A stretch of DNA of 64,000 nucleotides from assembly GCA_028534125.1 (NCBI GenBank), contig CM052817.1, forward strand, positions 59,522,001 to 59,586,000. Direction: 5' to 3'. A program made the position numbers and the translations under genes. The notes under the pieces were generated by a model. The model worked only from the letters and a program-made list of their open reading frames with translations, was not told where the DNA came from and searched no databases. How positions within the stretch are numbered: the first letter of the stretch is position 1; every line of letters starts with the position of its first letter. Source of the stretch: Lama glama (taxonomy: Eukaryota). Positions 1 to 14,019 of this stretch are shown piece after piece.

Positions 1-1004
1 AAGGAAAAAGAGAGAGAAAACATGATTAATTGATGGTAACATGAGCTTTCATACTTTTGCTCTTAGCACTATTAAAAAAAGATAATTATTCCACTGGAAA
101 AAAAGTAAATTTATATCAACAGTTTGGTTGTTATGTTCTTCATAACTACTGTAACAGCAATTAACATTTCTTCCAGTGATATAATTTTCAAGAGATTTTG
201 AGTCACTGAGATAAATAATTAGCACTTAATATTAAGAGGTATTTGTAATCGAGGTACTAATAATTACAACACTTATTTAATAATGACTTCATTCTGCACA
301 AGCATCCAGATTTTCTGAGCACATACTTTGGAAAAGTACTTTAGAAAATAAATTTCTCATTTTTAGTAGCCTAAGTAACTCTCATTGAGGTGCAATTTTT
401 TAAAGGGTGTAAACAGAATCAGTTAAGATTTGCAAATGAGTAATGTGTATGATTTGAGTTCTAGTGACGCATGAAAATAAAGCAATGCTGGACATTTGTT
501 TGACAGATGTCTTACAAATGGATTTCAGATGACATATTTTGAAAGAAAACACATTATTAAGTGAAGAGTAAAAAAGCTGTTTACAAGCCTCTAAAAAGGA
601 AAGCGTATCACCTTCAAAACCTTATTTTTGGATTTTCTGTGTATTAATCATTATTGAATTCTGGACACTAAGATCTCATGAGCAAAACTGGTTATAAATT
701 TAATTTTATTTTTATTGCCTTTCTTTCTCATATACAAAATATTTTCAAACTCCACTCCAGCTATTCCTGCCTAAGTCCACCATTTCCATGAACATATTCT
801 ACCTTAAAAATAAATAAATATAGATGCCAAATAATGGCATCCATTTTAAACTCAGCCTTAGTTAGCACTGAAATTGTGTTCTCTCCCCTGATTAGGAAGC
901 TGTTTATTGATGTTATGATGCCGCAATACAGCTAATCTTTACTAAGCACCGCTGTGGTCCAGGCACTGTGCTGGGTGTGTAGGTGTGTAGATGAAAGATC
1001 CTGG

Positions 1005-1220
1005 GATTTTTAGTCAGATAGAGTTGGATTCCAAATTCAGCTCCTTCATTTACTGGTTGTGTGCTCGAGTAGGTCACTGAGTTTTTCTGAGATTATTTTC
1101 TCTAAATCTCAGTGTCCTCATCTCTAACATAGTTAAAATTCCATATATATTCGAATGTCTGAGGAATAAATGAAATGTTGTGTTTAAACTGCTGGGCAGA
1201 GAGTAAACATTCAAATATTA
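1005..1220 (+). mobile_element. MIR SINE (decayed)
   Basis: agtcagatag...ttccaaattcagctcc...ctcagtgtcctcatctctaa...gaggaataaatgaaa resembles the MIR core and 3' tail. Confidence 0.7.
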
Positions 1221-1929
1221 GTGTCAGTCCATTCCCACATTCTGCTTCTGTCTATTTTATTCACTTATTTTCTTTTCATGATTACCTTGCAGAGGTTTAT
1301 GGATTTTCTGCCTATTCATTATATTTTTGTAAACACTAAAGAAGAGCCAGAGGATGTTCATTCTGTTTCAAGGACCTTACTATCAAAGACGTTTCTACAT
1401 TTTCTCCTGAATTGCTGCTACTGTGCTTCTGTGGTCTACATTCAATGTATTTCCTTTTTTTCCTCTCTCTTTTTAAATGTTTCCACTTCCCACATTCCAT
1501 TTGCTGCTTTGTAGTATGAATTTTGCTCATATTCGCTATTCGTCTGTTCACTCCGAATATGACATTTTTTGTGCTCATCCTCTACTTACTCGTATGTTTT
1601 ATTTGGGTCATCTGAAGCCAATGGCTTCCTGGTCTATCTCTTATGTAATTGTTCATGTTCTACTGATTTCCCTGACCACACAGGGAACATGTTATGACTT
1701 TCTCGTAGCCCATTCTATGGGATTCAAGTGGTAGTTATTTTTTAAAACAGTTTTATTCATGGAACAATCTATTAAACATTTATAAGGGTTGTAAAATATT
1801 CTTCTCTAATGTTCTTAATGGTTACATATGTAAGATGTGTCATATATTATTAAGCCCATATTGTCACATAAGTTTAAGTAAACAACTCTGAAACTAAATA
1901 TTTGTATATATTTAGGAATGTTGCTTGTT

Positions 1930-2790
1930 AACTGAGAAAGTTCTCTTTTATTCAGGATGTCACTTCATTTAATATATTTTCCAAATATATTTTTTTCCAG
2001 TTTGTCCTATTTCTCCTTGATTTATTTTGCTTTTGTTGTTTTATATTTTGTTTTAATTGGTATACTGAAGTTGAAAATGTTTTTATTCAAGTCTATCAAT
2101 ATTTTCTGTTATTTTTAACCTTAGAATATTAGAAATGTTTTCCTCACCTATGATCATGTAAATTTTCAAAATATATATAATTCTTCAAGTAATATCATAA
2201 TTCCATCTTTTAAAATTGTTTTAAATGCTTGATCTACCCGCTTTTATTTTAGTGTATATAGCATCACGTGGAATCTTAGGTATCTATGTAGCAGTAGTTT
2301 TCACACTGATTTCAAATTCAGATTTTAAGAAGTGAGTGTGTGTGTGTGCGTGCACAAACATGTGTGTTCATATAAATACACATGCTTTTGGAATTTCTGT
2401 TCTGTTTATGCATTTCTTCTTGTGTCAATTTTATAACATTTAATTATTATAGCTTCATAATAATTGTGTGCATGTACATATAAATGAACACACTTCACCT
2501 CATTAGTATTAATCTTCAAATTTGTTTTCACCATTTTCTTGTGTTTAATCTTTGAGATGAATGTTTAAATGAAAAAAATTGAAAAAGTTTTCATTTAGCT
2601 ACTAAATTTGACAATTTTTTTTGACAAATTTTTTTTGACAAATTTTGACTAATTTTTACAATATAGGATTATATTACACCTTTCAACGTCTTCAAATTCT
2701 CAGATTTAAATTTTTTCTTCATATAGTGATTCTGTAAGTTAATTTTTTTATGATGTATTTTAAAACTCTATTTTCTAACTGTCTAGTTAT
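1930..2790 (-). mobile_element. Old L1 (L1ME-like) ORF2/3' remnant
   Basis: T-rich degenerate antisense L1 motifs (aaatatattttttccagtttgtc, gtctatcaatattttct, ttattatagcttcataata). Confidence 0.55.
2607..2649. repeat. Short tandem repeat of TTTGACAA(A)T-run, about 4 copies
   Basis: tttgacaa(t)n gacaaa(t)n gacaaattttgac read directly. Confidence 0.8.
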
Positions 2791-3029
2791 TATTGAACGC
2801 TAACCATGGACTTGTGATCATATAGAAGTGTTTCACAGGTATCAGGACTCCGAATCTAGTCAAACTCTTAACAACTATGACAAACAACTATGACTTTCTT
2901 CACCCTTATAGCACTATAGCACTGTAGACCAGATTTCTCTAAACAAGGATAACTTAACCAGGAAAAAGGTCTAAATTTCACCACAGCTTCAACTTAAAAA
3001 CACAAAAATTAAAATAAAAACAAACATAT

Positions 3030-3190
3030 TTCTAGCTGGATGAATTTGAGCCAGTTATTGCCTTTTCTATGCCTTAGACTCTTCATCTAGAGAAGAAGAT
3101 TTTTAAAAAGTGCCTCTTAGTTTTCTGTTGTGAAAACTAAAAGGATCATCAAACAAAGGACATACACTGGCATGTCAATAATTATTGTTA
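3030..3190 (+). mobile_element. MIR SINE fragment
   Basis: tagctggatgaatttgagccagttattgccttttctatgccttagactcttcatct matches the MIR core. Confidence 0.65.
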
Positions 3191-3539
3191 ATTTTGTCAT
3201 AAGATAGTTTCATCAGTGCTTTTAGGAAAGCCATAGGTCATTTACATCACCTATTGAATTGTCCATTTAAATTAATTAAAACTTTTTATTTCAAAAGGTA
3301 GAAACTCGACTCTCGTGATCTCCACTCCTAAAGTCCTGGGGAACATGTTCAGTGACAGCTGTGATAAGATGCTCATCAATTATGTCCAGATGAGAAAGAT
3401 CACAAATCAACTTCGTAGCTGTTATCATAACCATATTCTATTAGAACTTTAAAAATTATGTATGTATATATATAATTGTATATACAAATAAATTTATATT
3501 TATAATACATGAATAATATACTCATTATTTTCAGACTTT

Positions 3540-3950
3540 TTACACCTTTTTACTTATTTTCTCTGAGTTTACAATATGCCTTTTTTTCTAGTTTATTGAG
3601 TTGAATACTTAGTTAATCTATTTCAGTTATTTTTATATTAAAAGCATTTAAAGCTACAATTCTTACTTTTCTGAACACAGTTATTTTGGCAACTCATATT
3701 TTAAATATGAAGAGTTCTCAATACCATTATCACATGAATTGAAATTTCAGTTTTAATTTTCTTTTTGAAGGAAAAGATAGGAGCATAACTCTTTTTAATT
3801 TTTATCATTTAAAAAATAATCACTTGTTATTTCAAATAGTATTGGATTCCTGTCAGATTTTGTTTGTAGCGTCATTGCTTTGGAAATATATTGAGGTACT
3901 GTAGCATGTCAATTTTTTCCAATGTTCCATCTACAAACATATTTTAAATG
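3540..3950 (-). mobile_element. Old L1 ORF2 (5' part) remnant
   Basis: gcatttaaagctacaatt...ctgaacacag and ttttttccaatgttccat are typical antisense L1 ORF2 motifs. Confidence 0.6.
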
Positions 3951-4249
3951 TTTTAATGTGCATTTTTTTTAATTTAAGTTTAAAATTTTGTTCTGAATTC
4001 GAATTCTTCTGTCATCTTTCTGAGAATCCTTTGAATTTGAGCCTTGGACAATAGGACAATTCTGGTGAACTTCCTTACCTTTGTATCTTCTTCCTTTGAA
4101 GAAAGTTTCACCTTTTTAAATCTGATCTTACTTGCTTTAAATGGCCTTTCACAAACCTACACAGAAAATGGCCATTACAAACTGTATTACCTCCACCTCA
4201 TGACAACTAAATCTATAAGCTCTTCACACTTGTGTAAAAGATAAAAAGA

Positions 4250-4470
4250 TAAGAATAATTAATAGCTGTAGGTTCTTTTCCTTAAAATCTTGTCAGACAC
4301 TTTGTTAATCACTATGTGTGTTTCTCCTAACAACACCCAGAAATCCTTATTCTACAGACACTGTTTCACAAGTGGAGTAACCACAGCTTACAGAAATGAA
4401 GTAACTAATAAGTGAAAGATATTTTATTGGAATCTAGGTCTGTCTGACAATAAATTCTATAATCCTATCC
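4250..4470 (-). mobile_element. MIR SINE
   Basis: tttcacaagtggagtaaccacagcttacagaaatgaagtaact...gaatctaggtctgtctgac is antisense MIR. Confidence 0.65.
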
Positions 4471-7400
4471 ATAATACAAATATAATTTAATATCAACAGG
4501 TAAAACAATGGAATAAAACTAAGTATCATGAGTAATACTGTATAGTAGTTCGATGATTTTAAGGAGGATGTTTATCAGCATCCCCAGTCCAACAATATAA
4601 GTTGTGGCTCAGAAACAAAGGAAAAATACATAGTATCTGCTAATTAATTCTACATTTTACCTTTTTCAAAAATGGAACTAGAAAACTTTAACTTACCCAG
4701 AAAAAATGGCGTTGATATTCTGGACTGACCAATTTTAGTATTTATTTTTCACTTACTTTTTTCATTACTATAAATACATATAAGTCTAAAATTATAAACC
4801 CTGGAACGAAGACTATAGCCTTCTGCTTGATTTTAACTGTTCCTCAAAAATACTTCTGTTTCCTTAAATAGAAATTTTCCTGTTGGTCATTTTTGAGAAA
4901 ATACTATTAATTATTTAATATTACATGACGTAACATTTTCATGATTTTGTGATTTAATATTTTGAGTAGTTGGAAAATTATACATAGTAATCAACTAACA
5001 AACTGTCATATTGCTTTAAAGATATATTTACATTGTAAAGCTGACTCTTCTGTAATACTTGTCTAACTCTGTGTATACTTCTACATTTTTTATGTCTCTA
5101 CTTTCTCTCCCTCACTCTCATTCTTCTTTTTCTTTCATCTCTTCTTTTCCTTCTATTTTTCCTTAACTGGAATCCTATGGAAGCGAGGTATGTAGTTACA
5201 GCTGGATGTCCTTACAGAGTAGAATGTCTTCCACCATTTATTTTTTTTAATAGGTAAATGGAAGTTGATATTTCTCTTTATAAATGGAGTAAAAAACGAA
5301 GTATCAATAGGTAGCATTTTCTGCCAAACATTGGTTCTCTGTAACACTAAGTTTAGCACTCATCTCTATCAAGAAATAGATCACTAATATTTACTTTCGT
5401 ATACTTCCCTTTTTTGTATTTTAAGTTCATTTGATGCAAATTCATTCAAATTCAACCAAATTTTAGCACAGTATTTCTTGGCTCTTAGGAATTCTTCCAA
5501 CTGTTTCTCATGTGCTCTACAGATGAGAATCATATTTTTTAACATTGTATTCATCAAATTCTTTACCTTTATGTACATAGATACTTTCCAGCTTGACATA
5601 GGTAACTGCTATAAAGAAGCAGAGCACACAAAATTGCTTTATATTGGGCTTGAATTGGTGGTATGATTGCTTCCTTGTTTCAAGACCTTTATGATTGCAG
5701 GTATATTCCTCCCCTTCTTCTATGACATTGAAAAGTATCTCTACTTGTAAAAAATGTTTACAGTTAGCCTCAGGGGGTACTCTCATAATTTTTAATACTA
5801 AATGTATTGTCTGTGGACATTGTTACACATGTAACAAAGTACAGGCTAAGCTTCCATTGCTATATGAAAATTATTCCTTTCTACTCTGCCCCATCTTTTT
5901 TTCCCCAAAATGCACTACAAATTTCCTTTATATCACATCATGATAGAGCAGTTTCTTTGATGCAGTTGACAGAATGAAAATAAAAATCTTTTACATCTAA
6001 AGATAGCTTTTGCCTAAATTCAGCCAAGTTAGTATTTCTCTATTAAATAATACTTTAGAGATTCTAAATTTAAAATATTGTATATATATATATAATGATT
6101 CTATTTTATTGCATTTTGTAACTATGTTGGTCTTTAAGGAATCATAGCAAAATATGAAAATTACAGAACTTTAAAAACCTTTTTTTATATACTTTTCAAA
6201 GTATGCCTTTATTGTTAAGCTACTTCAGCACCAAGAAATCCTGCCTTTTAAAAATGATTTTATACTCACAACCAAAGCTCAATCTAGGCATATTGGCTGA
6301 AATCTGGATAAATGCTATTTAAGTTTTAAAATTAATTGAATAACTTTATTAGCTGTATCACCAAAATTCTAAAGTCAAGATATATACGGCGATTTTTTTA
6401 ACTTAATACCTTATTTCTATTTTTATCCAATTGAATTGTTTGTATTGGCTAATATGGCAAATTATTCCATACAGTACAATACAGAAATATATAACGTAAA
6501 ACTGACGATCTCGTTTTTCCTTCTATGATACACATTTTTATTTGTGAGACATTTCGATGGGCTACTACACAAAAAAGGTGAATTTCAGGTTAAATACAAT
6601 TCCTTGCTCACTACTTGTAATTTTGTGATTTTCTTCTAACTGAATTACAGCAAACCAGAATGTATGGCTATGTATACCCAGTTGAGTTGTCCTAGAATAT
6701 TTCATAAACCCTTTGTAGGTATTCTAAACACTCAATTACTATTCTAAAGCTCTTTCAGAACAAAGTCCATTTCCCACAACCAACTGAACAGGTATACTGG
6801 ACACTACTTGAAAATCCCTTATACAATTGAACAAATTGGACCTATTTGTGGTTTTGTTTGCTGATATTCAAATCGACAGCCGTGGATGTCTTTCAGGGAT
6901 TCACCGAGGTGGCAGTGTACCGTGGCAAAAATAAATTGCTCATTTGCTTGATGGATGAGCATAGAAAAACAAGCAGTGTATGGAAAATTTCCCCAAAGGT
7001 TGCTGCCTCTTATGGCTATGGAGTGTGAATGGAGGAATCACTTTGGCTTTAAGAGACTTGGCTACTGAATTGGAAGCAATAACTGCTAATGTTGGACAGA
7101 AGATTCAGAGACGCCACACACTCTCTGCTTTTGTTCTTTTGACCAGAAGAGAACTCACTGCACTCAGAAAAAAAAACAAATTTACATTTCTATAATGGCA
7201 CTATGGCATAAAGTTAGTCACCTCAGAATTGCAAAGTTTTCTATTAAATGTCTAATAATAAATATCTCCATATATAATGATAGTTTGACATCCTCCTATT
7301 TAGTTTGGCTTCATGCTGAACGCTTTCAAGTCATTTTTTAATGAACATTCTGGCACAAATCTATGATGATTCTGAGTCACTGACCTTAATCAATGTTCTT

Positions 7401-8347
7401 CATAAGGGCACTTTAATGTACTAGGCATAGAAGTGGTTTCACTTGGCTCAGGTGTGTTTGCCTGGAATATATAGACTCCATTTTGGAATCAAATGAACTG
7501 ATGATAATATAGATCTGCTCCATCAGTTCCTAGTTACTCAGGAACTGTGGCAACGTGTGCTTTACACTGCAAGTACAGAGTTATCAGACCATCATTCCAT
7601 CTGTCTCTTTTAAATTGGAAACATTAGAAAAATAAACTGTCTCATCTCCCCTAATTCCAGCCAACTTTTGATTTAGCCGTTTTAGATCTCTTGGGATGAA
7701 AAGTTTTTCAAGACTTTATTAAATGTATAAAATAATTGATAAATTTACTATTTTAGATATATTAATTTTCCCCCAAAAAAGTCTTAAAATTCTATCCCTA
7801 TTACATAGACTTCCCTTTGTCTACAATCCATCTTTACCACCACCTCCTAAAAATGAATCATTGCTTAATATTAACCCTGAAGCAATTTGTGGACACTTCA
7901 AAAATACCATATGTTGAATCATGGTCCCTGAATATCCTATTATTGAAAGTATGCACATGTATACTGGTAATATACAAGTAAAATTTTAGTTAGCTAGATC
8001 TGACATGTAACAACTCTCTCTATACTCTCATATAGAAAGTAGGAAACACACTGACCGTTAAACTTTATTTACAGTTAAATCATTTGAGTAGTGGAAGTCA
8101 GTAATACCTTGCCTATATGTTTCAACAAGAGAGGATAGTACTATATGTTATATTTTATTAAATAAGAGTATTTAATAAAATAATATCCTATAAAGAGAGC
8201 AAAAGACCTAATCTCTTCTTTTAAAATGTACTTTGTGAAAAGCTTGATCTAAGCTCTTCTGAATATCTATAAATTTTAAGAAAAAATATGTTTGGTATAA
8301 GAAAACTAATGTCATTTACTTTAGGGTGATGTATATGTGTGTGTGCA

Positions 8348-8352
<5 letters not shown>

Positions 8353-8388
<36 letters not shown>
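8353..8388. repeat. (GT)18 microsatellite
   Basis: Direct read, preceded by an imperfect purine-pyrimidine alternation. Confidence 0.95.
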
Positions 8389-8389
<1 letters not shown>

Positions 8390-8609
8390 TTTATGGCACT
8401 GAAAAATTAACCAGTTGCATCTGGATATTTTATTGTTAAATCTAAAACCTCTTTTCAGAATACAAATAGACATTTTTTTTTACTATTACAGATCAAAATA
8501 ATCCTGCAGAACTTCAAATGGGAAAATTGTAATCCATTGCATGAACCATTATAGTCTATATTAACAGTTAGATTATATGCAGAGTGGAGATTTCAATTTA
8601 TATTAAGGT

Positions 8610-10120
8610 AAATTGATGCAATCTCTATTAAAATTCCAATGGCATTTTTTACAGAAATATTTGTGTGGAAACGCAAAAGACTCTAAATAGCCAAAACGAT
8701 TTTGAGAAAGAAAAACAAAGCTGGAGGCATCATGCCCCCTGATTTTAAATTAATTACAAAGCTATAGTAATTAAAAGAATATGCTATTGGCATAAAAACA
8801 GATGCAGAGATTAATGGAACAGATTAGAGAGCCCAGAAATAAACCCATGCATATATGGTCAATTGATTTATGAAAAAGGAACCAAGAATATACCATGGGA
8901 AAAGGACAGTTTCTTTAATAAATGGAGTTGGGAAAATTGAAAAGCTACATGCAAAAGAGTAACACAGGAAAACTATCCTACACTATACACAAAAATCAAA
9001 TCAAAATGGATTAAAGACTTGAACATAAGACCTGAGACCATAAAACTTCTAGAAGAAAACATATGCAGTAAGCTCCATGACATAGGTCTTGGTGATAATT
9101 TTTTTAATCTGACACCAAAAACAAAGGTAACAAAAGCAAAAATAAACAAATGAGGCTACATCAAACTGAAAATCTTCTGCACAATAAAGGAAACCATCAA
9201 CAAAATAAAAAGGCAGCCTATGTAAACTGACCATACTTCAACTAAAATGTAAAAAATAAAAATAAAAACTTTTAAAGCAACCTACTGAATGGAAGAAAAT
9301 ATTTGCAAATTATATATCTGATCAGGGGTTAATATGTAAAATAAAGAACTCATAAAGCTCAATTGTAAAAAATATATAATAATCCAATTAAAAATGAGCA
9401 GAAGATCTGAACAGACATTTTCCAGAGAAGACACACTGATGGCTAACAGGTTCATGCAAATCAAAACCACAATGAGATATCATCTGATATATGTTAGAAT
9501 TGCTGTTACCAAAAGACAAGAAATAACAAGTGTCGGTGAGGAAGTAGAGATAAGGGAACCTCTGTGTACTGCTGGCAAGCATGTTAATTAGTGCAGCCAC
9601 AGTGGAAAATAGTAAGGAGTCTCCTCAAAAAATTAAAAATGGAAATACCATATGGTCCAGCAATTCCACTTCTAGGTATTTAACCAAAGAAAACAAAAAT
9701 ACTAGCCCCAAAAGATTTATGCATCCTCCATGTTCATTGAAGCATTATTTCCAATAGCCATCATATGGAAAAAACCCAAGTGTCCATCAATCATAATGAA
9801 TAAAGAAATTATGTGTGTGTGTGCAATGTGTGTATACACACACACACACACACACAATGGAATATTATTCAGCCATAAAACAGAATGCAATCTTGCCATA
9901 TATGGATCTCCAGGGCTTAAGCCAAGTATGCTAAGTGAAATAAGTCAGACAAAGACAAACACCATGTGATCTTTCTCATATGTGAAATCTAATTTTTTTT
10001 AATTAAAATTAAAAAAAAGGAAACAAGCTCATGGATACAGAGAATGGATTGGTGGTTGCCAGAGACAGGGGGATGAGGAGATGGGAGAAGTGAGTGAAGG
10101 GGGTCAAAAAATAAATAAAT
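8610..10120 (+). mobile_element. 5'-truncated L1 (L1MA-like): ORF2 C-terminal region and partial 3'UTR, non-coding
   Basis: Canonical L1 motifs: aacaaagctggaggcatca, gagcccagaaataaaccca, aaatggattaaagacttgaac, caaatcaaaaccacaatgagatatcat, ccagcaattccacttctaggtat, gctaagtgaaataagtcagac; many stops and frameshifts. Confidence 0.95.
9221..9273 (+). mobile_element. Extremely 5'-truncated young L1 (last ~21 nt plus A-rich tail) inserted in older L1
   Basis: tgtaaactgaccatacttcaa is the exact reverse complement of 51344-51364; flanked by aaggcagccta (9210-9220) and aaagcaaccta (9274-9284). Confidence 0.8.
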
Positions 10121-11339
10121 GAAACGTCACCTGGCAAAAAAATATCCACTAGTTTTCCAAGTAGAACAAAAGGTGGGAAAAGGGCAAATTCTCTAATTGT
10201 CTCTTTCTTAATTAAAAAAAATAAAATGTAGACTTGAATGGTGATGAAGATGCCTTTAATATTTTTGTGGTCTTCTGTTCCTAAAATATTTATTATTGAT
10301 ATGCATCACACATAATAAGCACTTAATAAATATTTCAGGAACAGACTGATTTGTGACAAAATTATGTGGTTTTTCCTTCATAACAGACCATTTCATAGTA
10401 AAACTAAATGGGAAGGCTAAAACAATTAGCTGAACATGCTGTTAAAACAAACCATATTTGAAGAAGAAATTTTGAGTAGCATTGGTACACATGTTTCAAA
10501 CTGGAAAGGGGTCTGCTGCTCTCTGCTTTAATTAATTTTCTCAAAGCAGGAAATAAGTCCATATCCACTTGGCCTGTAAAGCCAGATCTATTATTTACTA
10601 GCTGTTATCTCAAATATATATCCTCTCCTTCTTTTGGTCATAGTGAATTATTGTGTAGCACGATGATAAGCATTGATTAATTTATTTTAAAGAAGAGGCT
10701 TTCTCAAGGTAATGAAAATCTTCCCAATTCCACCTGCAAAATTTCTGTTCATCCAGATATCCACTTACGTTATTTTTCAAATGCATGTAGAATCACGGGG
10801 AATGAGTCAGATGAGATGCTGCTGCATCTTTTAACTGTATCACAACTCAGGTCTGTGAGTGATAGAAGGCCAATTCCAATTAGCACCTAAAGCAAACTTT
10901 TCCAGAATCCTTTCAGCAACCTTATCCATAAAGGAGAGAAATTAAAGGGAAATAATGGACCATATTTTCACCAATGAGAGAGAGAGAGAGAGAGCCTTGT
11001 ATCCGGGCCAAGCATTTGCTTTCAGACTGTTACTAACTTGCCACTCCATAAGGTGGGAAAAGTAATCTCTGCCAAGAAATGGTCACAGCGTTATGTTACA
11101 AACCTTTCAGTGGAAAGAGGCTAGAATCAATGAGGGTTTAGCCCTAGGGCTAAGGATTGCTCTTACCCTTCATATCAACACGACTCAACTGTGCAGAACC
11201 CATCTTTATTTAGCTCTGTATGACATTAAACATAGATCTTGGAAAACATAAATCTTTAGGTATGATAGGAAGGGGCAGTCAAATAAACACTGAGCCTGGC
11301 TAAAGCATTTGACAGAATCAGAGACTTCATAGTCAGCAG

Positions 11340-11590
11340 GAGAGTTGCTCTGCCAAAAATCAAATGAGTCAAAGAACTTGCCAAGGAACCAGCTAGTGAG
11401 GAGGGAGTGTGCAGGCAGCCATTACAGAGCCCAAGTCTGCTCCTAGAAAAATCGGTTCAGAGCTTGGCTTCCGGGGGGTGAGGTTACCAGCTGCCAAGTA
11501 TGTGGCCACAGCTGTTAGTTCAGAGGGAGAAGCTAAAGTACACAAGGGTGAAAGGGAAAAGTGGTCAAGAACACAGCAATGTCATACTGA
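11340..11590. mobile_element. Possible old ERVL/MaLR-type LTR remnant
   Basis: GC-richer, purine-rich block with LTR-like character; family not recognised. Confidence 0.3.
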
Positions 11591-12099
11591 TCTTCTAAAT
11601 GCAAAGTGAGTTGTTTTCTTGCTGTCACAATATGCAACTACTTCTGGGTGGAGGTGGTGGTTTTACTGAGTTGCTGTATGATGTACCATAGGAAAAGGAT
11701 AAGCCACTGCATTGAACTGAAGTGAATTCTGCAATACTCTTTGAAAATATCACCCTTAATGTTCTGGCAAATGCAAAATTCCGTAGCAGGCAAAAGTAGT
11801 TTGAGGACCCTATTGCTATTCCTCCTTTATTACAAAGCCACCAGCTGATTTAATGCCATCCCATAACAATTTAGGGATCAAGTACTCCACTTGTACTCTC
11901 TCTCCTTTATTAAGCCCTCAAAGATAAACCTTTTCTCTTGTGTCATCGCTGCTCTCAAAACTGTTTTTTATAAACCTCATTCTGACACACCTATTTTCTC
12001 TTCTAGAATTATTACAAAAGTAAAGCATAATAACATTATTGTTAAAGGGCTTATATTAACAAAGGCATATACTATTTCCAAGTTTGGAAATACCCTTGA

Positions 12100-12300
12100 T
12101 TTTTGGAGGTAAATACAATAAATATGGAATTATTAAAAGCAAAATTGCCACCTCTCTAATGTTCAAGACAATGGAGATCAGTATCAGGTTCCTTTTGAAA
12201 ACCGTTAATAATGTGTGAGAGCTTAAAATATATAGCAGCTCGTATCAGATCCTCACTGCCAGACTTCCCTTCATTAGATTCCATGTAGTCTGATAATAAT
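12100..12300 (-). mobile_element. Possible CR1/L3 LINE RT C-terminal remnant
   Basis: Minus translation SEDLIRAAIYFKLSHIINGFQKEPDTDL loosely resembles the CR1 RT tail (RGDLIxxYKxLxG). Confidence 0.3.
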
Positions 12301-14019
12301 CTGAGTATCTTGGAGACTTCAGCACTTTGGATTTTTCTCATAAAGTACGGTTTAGGTAACTACTTAACTAAGGAGTTCAGGGAAATCTGAGCTAACACCA
12401 GGAGGATGAAGTCCAAAGGCAGGCAGCCGTGTCTAGTCTGATCAAGAACTGCCCACATGAGCCATTCACAATTACCATAATCAGAAACCTTCCCACAATG
12501 CCTTGAAAGTGACTCTTTCCTTTATGGGGTGTGTGTGTGTGTGTGTGTTTATTTGAGGTAATATTTAAGGTCAGTATTTATTTTTAATAAAAACATATGT
12601 AATGTATGCTATATTAGATCCAATAATTTTTCAAGTCACAAAAAAATATCCAGATAGATACTTGGTCTTTTGGCTATTGTAAAAGGTAATTACTCCTGAA
12701 AAAAGTGAAAAATTAAGTGGATGCAGTATATGGGATGTATAAATTGTCTAGAGTGAAGAAAGGGGACGAAGTCTGTGGGAGAATTAAAGTAGTTTCAGTC
12801 TTCATCTCTTCAGTTAAAAACCCCAGTAATTTACTATGTACCTAGAATGCATGAGGGATACCAGAATGGATGAGGCACTTCCTCTCCTTGATGTAATAAG
12901 TACTATTTTTGTAGTCTGCACAGATACTTGCAAATCATTTTTAAGTGTGGTATCTCATTTGATGCTTATAGGTATCCACTGATGTGGATACCATTTCCAT
13001 TTAGTCTGACATCAAATTACATAAATCTATTTTATTGATGAAAATGCATTATAAATTTTAATTAGCCTTAATACAATAGTAGCATACATATCTATCTTGT
13101 GCCCATCAAGGGTTTTTATGGTGATAATTTAAGTGTCTTATTCTCAATTTGGTTGTAATTCTGCAACTAAAAGTGTGCCTTCTGGTGCCATATTAATGTT
13201 CAGTTCCCAATTCAGTCACATTTTTAGAGCAGCAATATTTAGGGGGAAAATCTGTGATTTTCTCTCTCTCTCTCTCTCTGTCTCTTTCGCTTTTTCCCTC
13301 CCTTATTCCGATTTTTTTTTTAACTAAGCATTTGACCTTTTTATTATAAGTACTCTGACATATTTATCTGTCAGGGGTGGGGAGATTAGAAGTTGTTACA
13401 GAACTAACACAGAGAAATAGGAGAGGTAATATCTGGCATAGGAAAACAGGACCTTGAGGTAAAAAATAGAATATTATCTTGAGAAAGAAATGCCTAACTA
13501 CTCTCTATCTATTCTTTCAGCTTGCTAAGGTCCAAGCCTAGAGGACTTGGTTCACAGAGTTTTAGAAAAGTAATTCATTTGTTTCTAATAATAAATCAAG
13601 GAAACAAACTGCTCAATGGCAGAGGCAGGTATGGAAGTATATAAGAAGTGATCATTACAAATATCTAACAGCTGTTACAGCAGAGACTGAGGTCATTCAG
13701 AGGAGACATTAGCCATGGTTCAGGAGCAGTCTTACAGTCCCTCACTAAGTCAGAATTAACCCTTTTGTTTCTGGATGACAGGATGTCCATTGGCTGCCAG
13801 AGAAGACTGGTTGGGTGACTTGGGGGTGCTGGGGATTTCAGAGAAATGGCTACTTACCAAACTATATGGAATTATTTGCATATTTTATCAACTGGTTTGA
13901 TGCTACCATTGTGTACCATTTGAAGCAATAATAATAAATAATAATAAAATATATAAATAAAATAAAAAATAAAAAGTACCTAATAAATAATTAAGGTAAC
14001 ACACCACTTTAACAAAGAT

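Noticed and set aside
2607..2925. Short spaced repeats (tttgacaa..., acaactatgac x2, tatagcac x2) as a CRISPR-like array
   Set aside because: Slippage-type micro-duplications in eukaryotic DNA, with no constant repeat plus unique spacer structure.
5153..5943. Several overlapping 62-89 aa ORFs on both strands
   Set aside because: No recognisable domain or consistent exon structure; possibly an ancient repeat remnant, but I cannot support that.
9049..9969. Cluster of ORFs with L1 ORF2-like peptides (MQIKTTMRYHL, MFIEALFPIAIIWKKPKCPS)
   Set aside because: Frameshifted fragments of a dead, 5'-truncated L1.
12156..12341. Protein-like 61-aa minus ORF (MRKIQSAEVSK...)
   Set aside because: No good splice or promoter context; better explained as a CR1/L3 remnant or chance.
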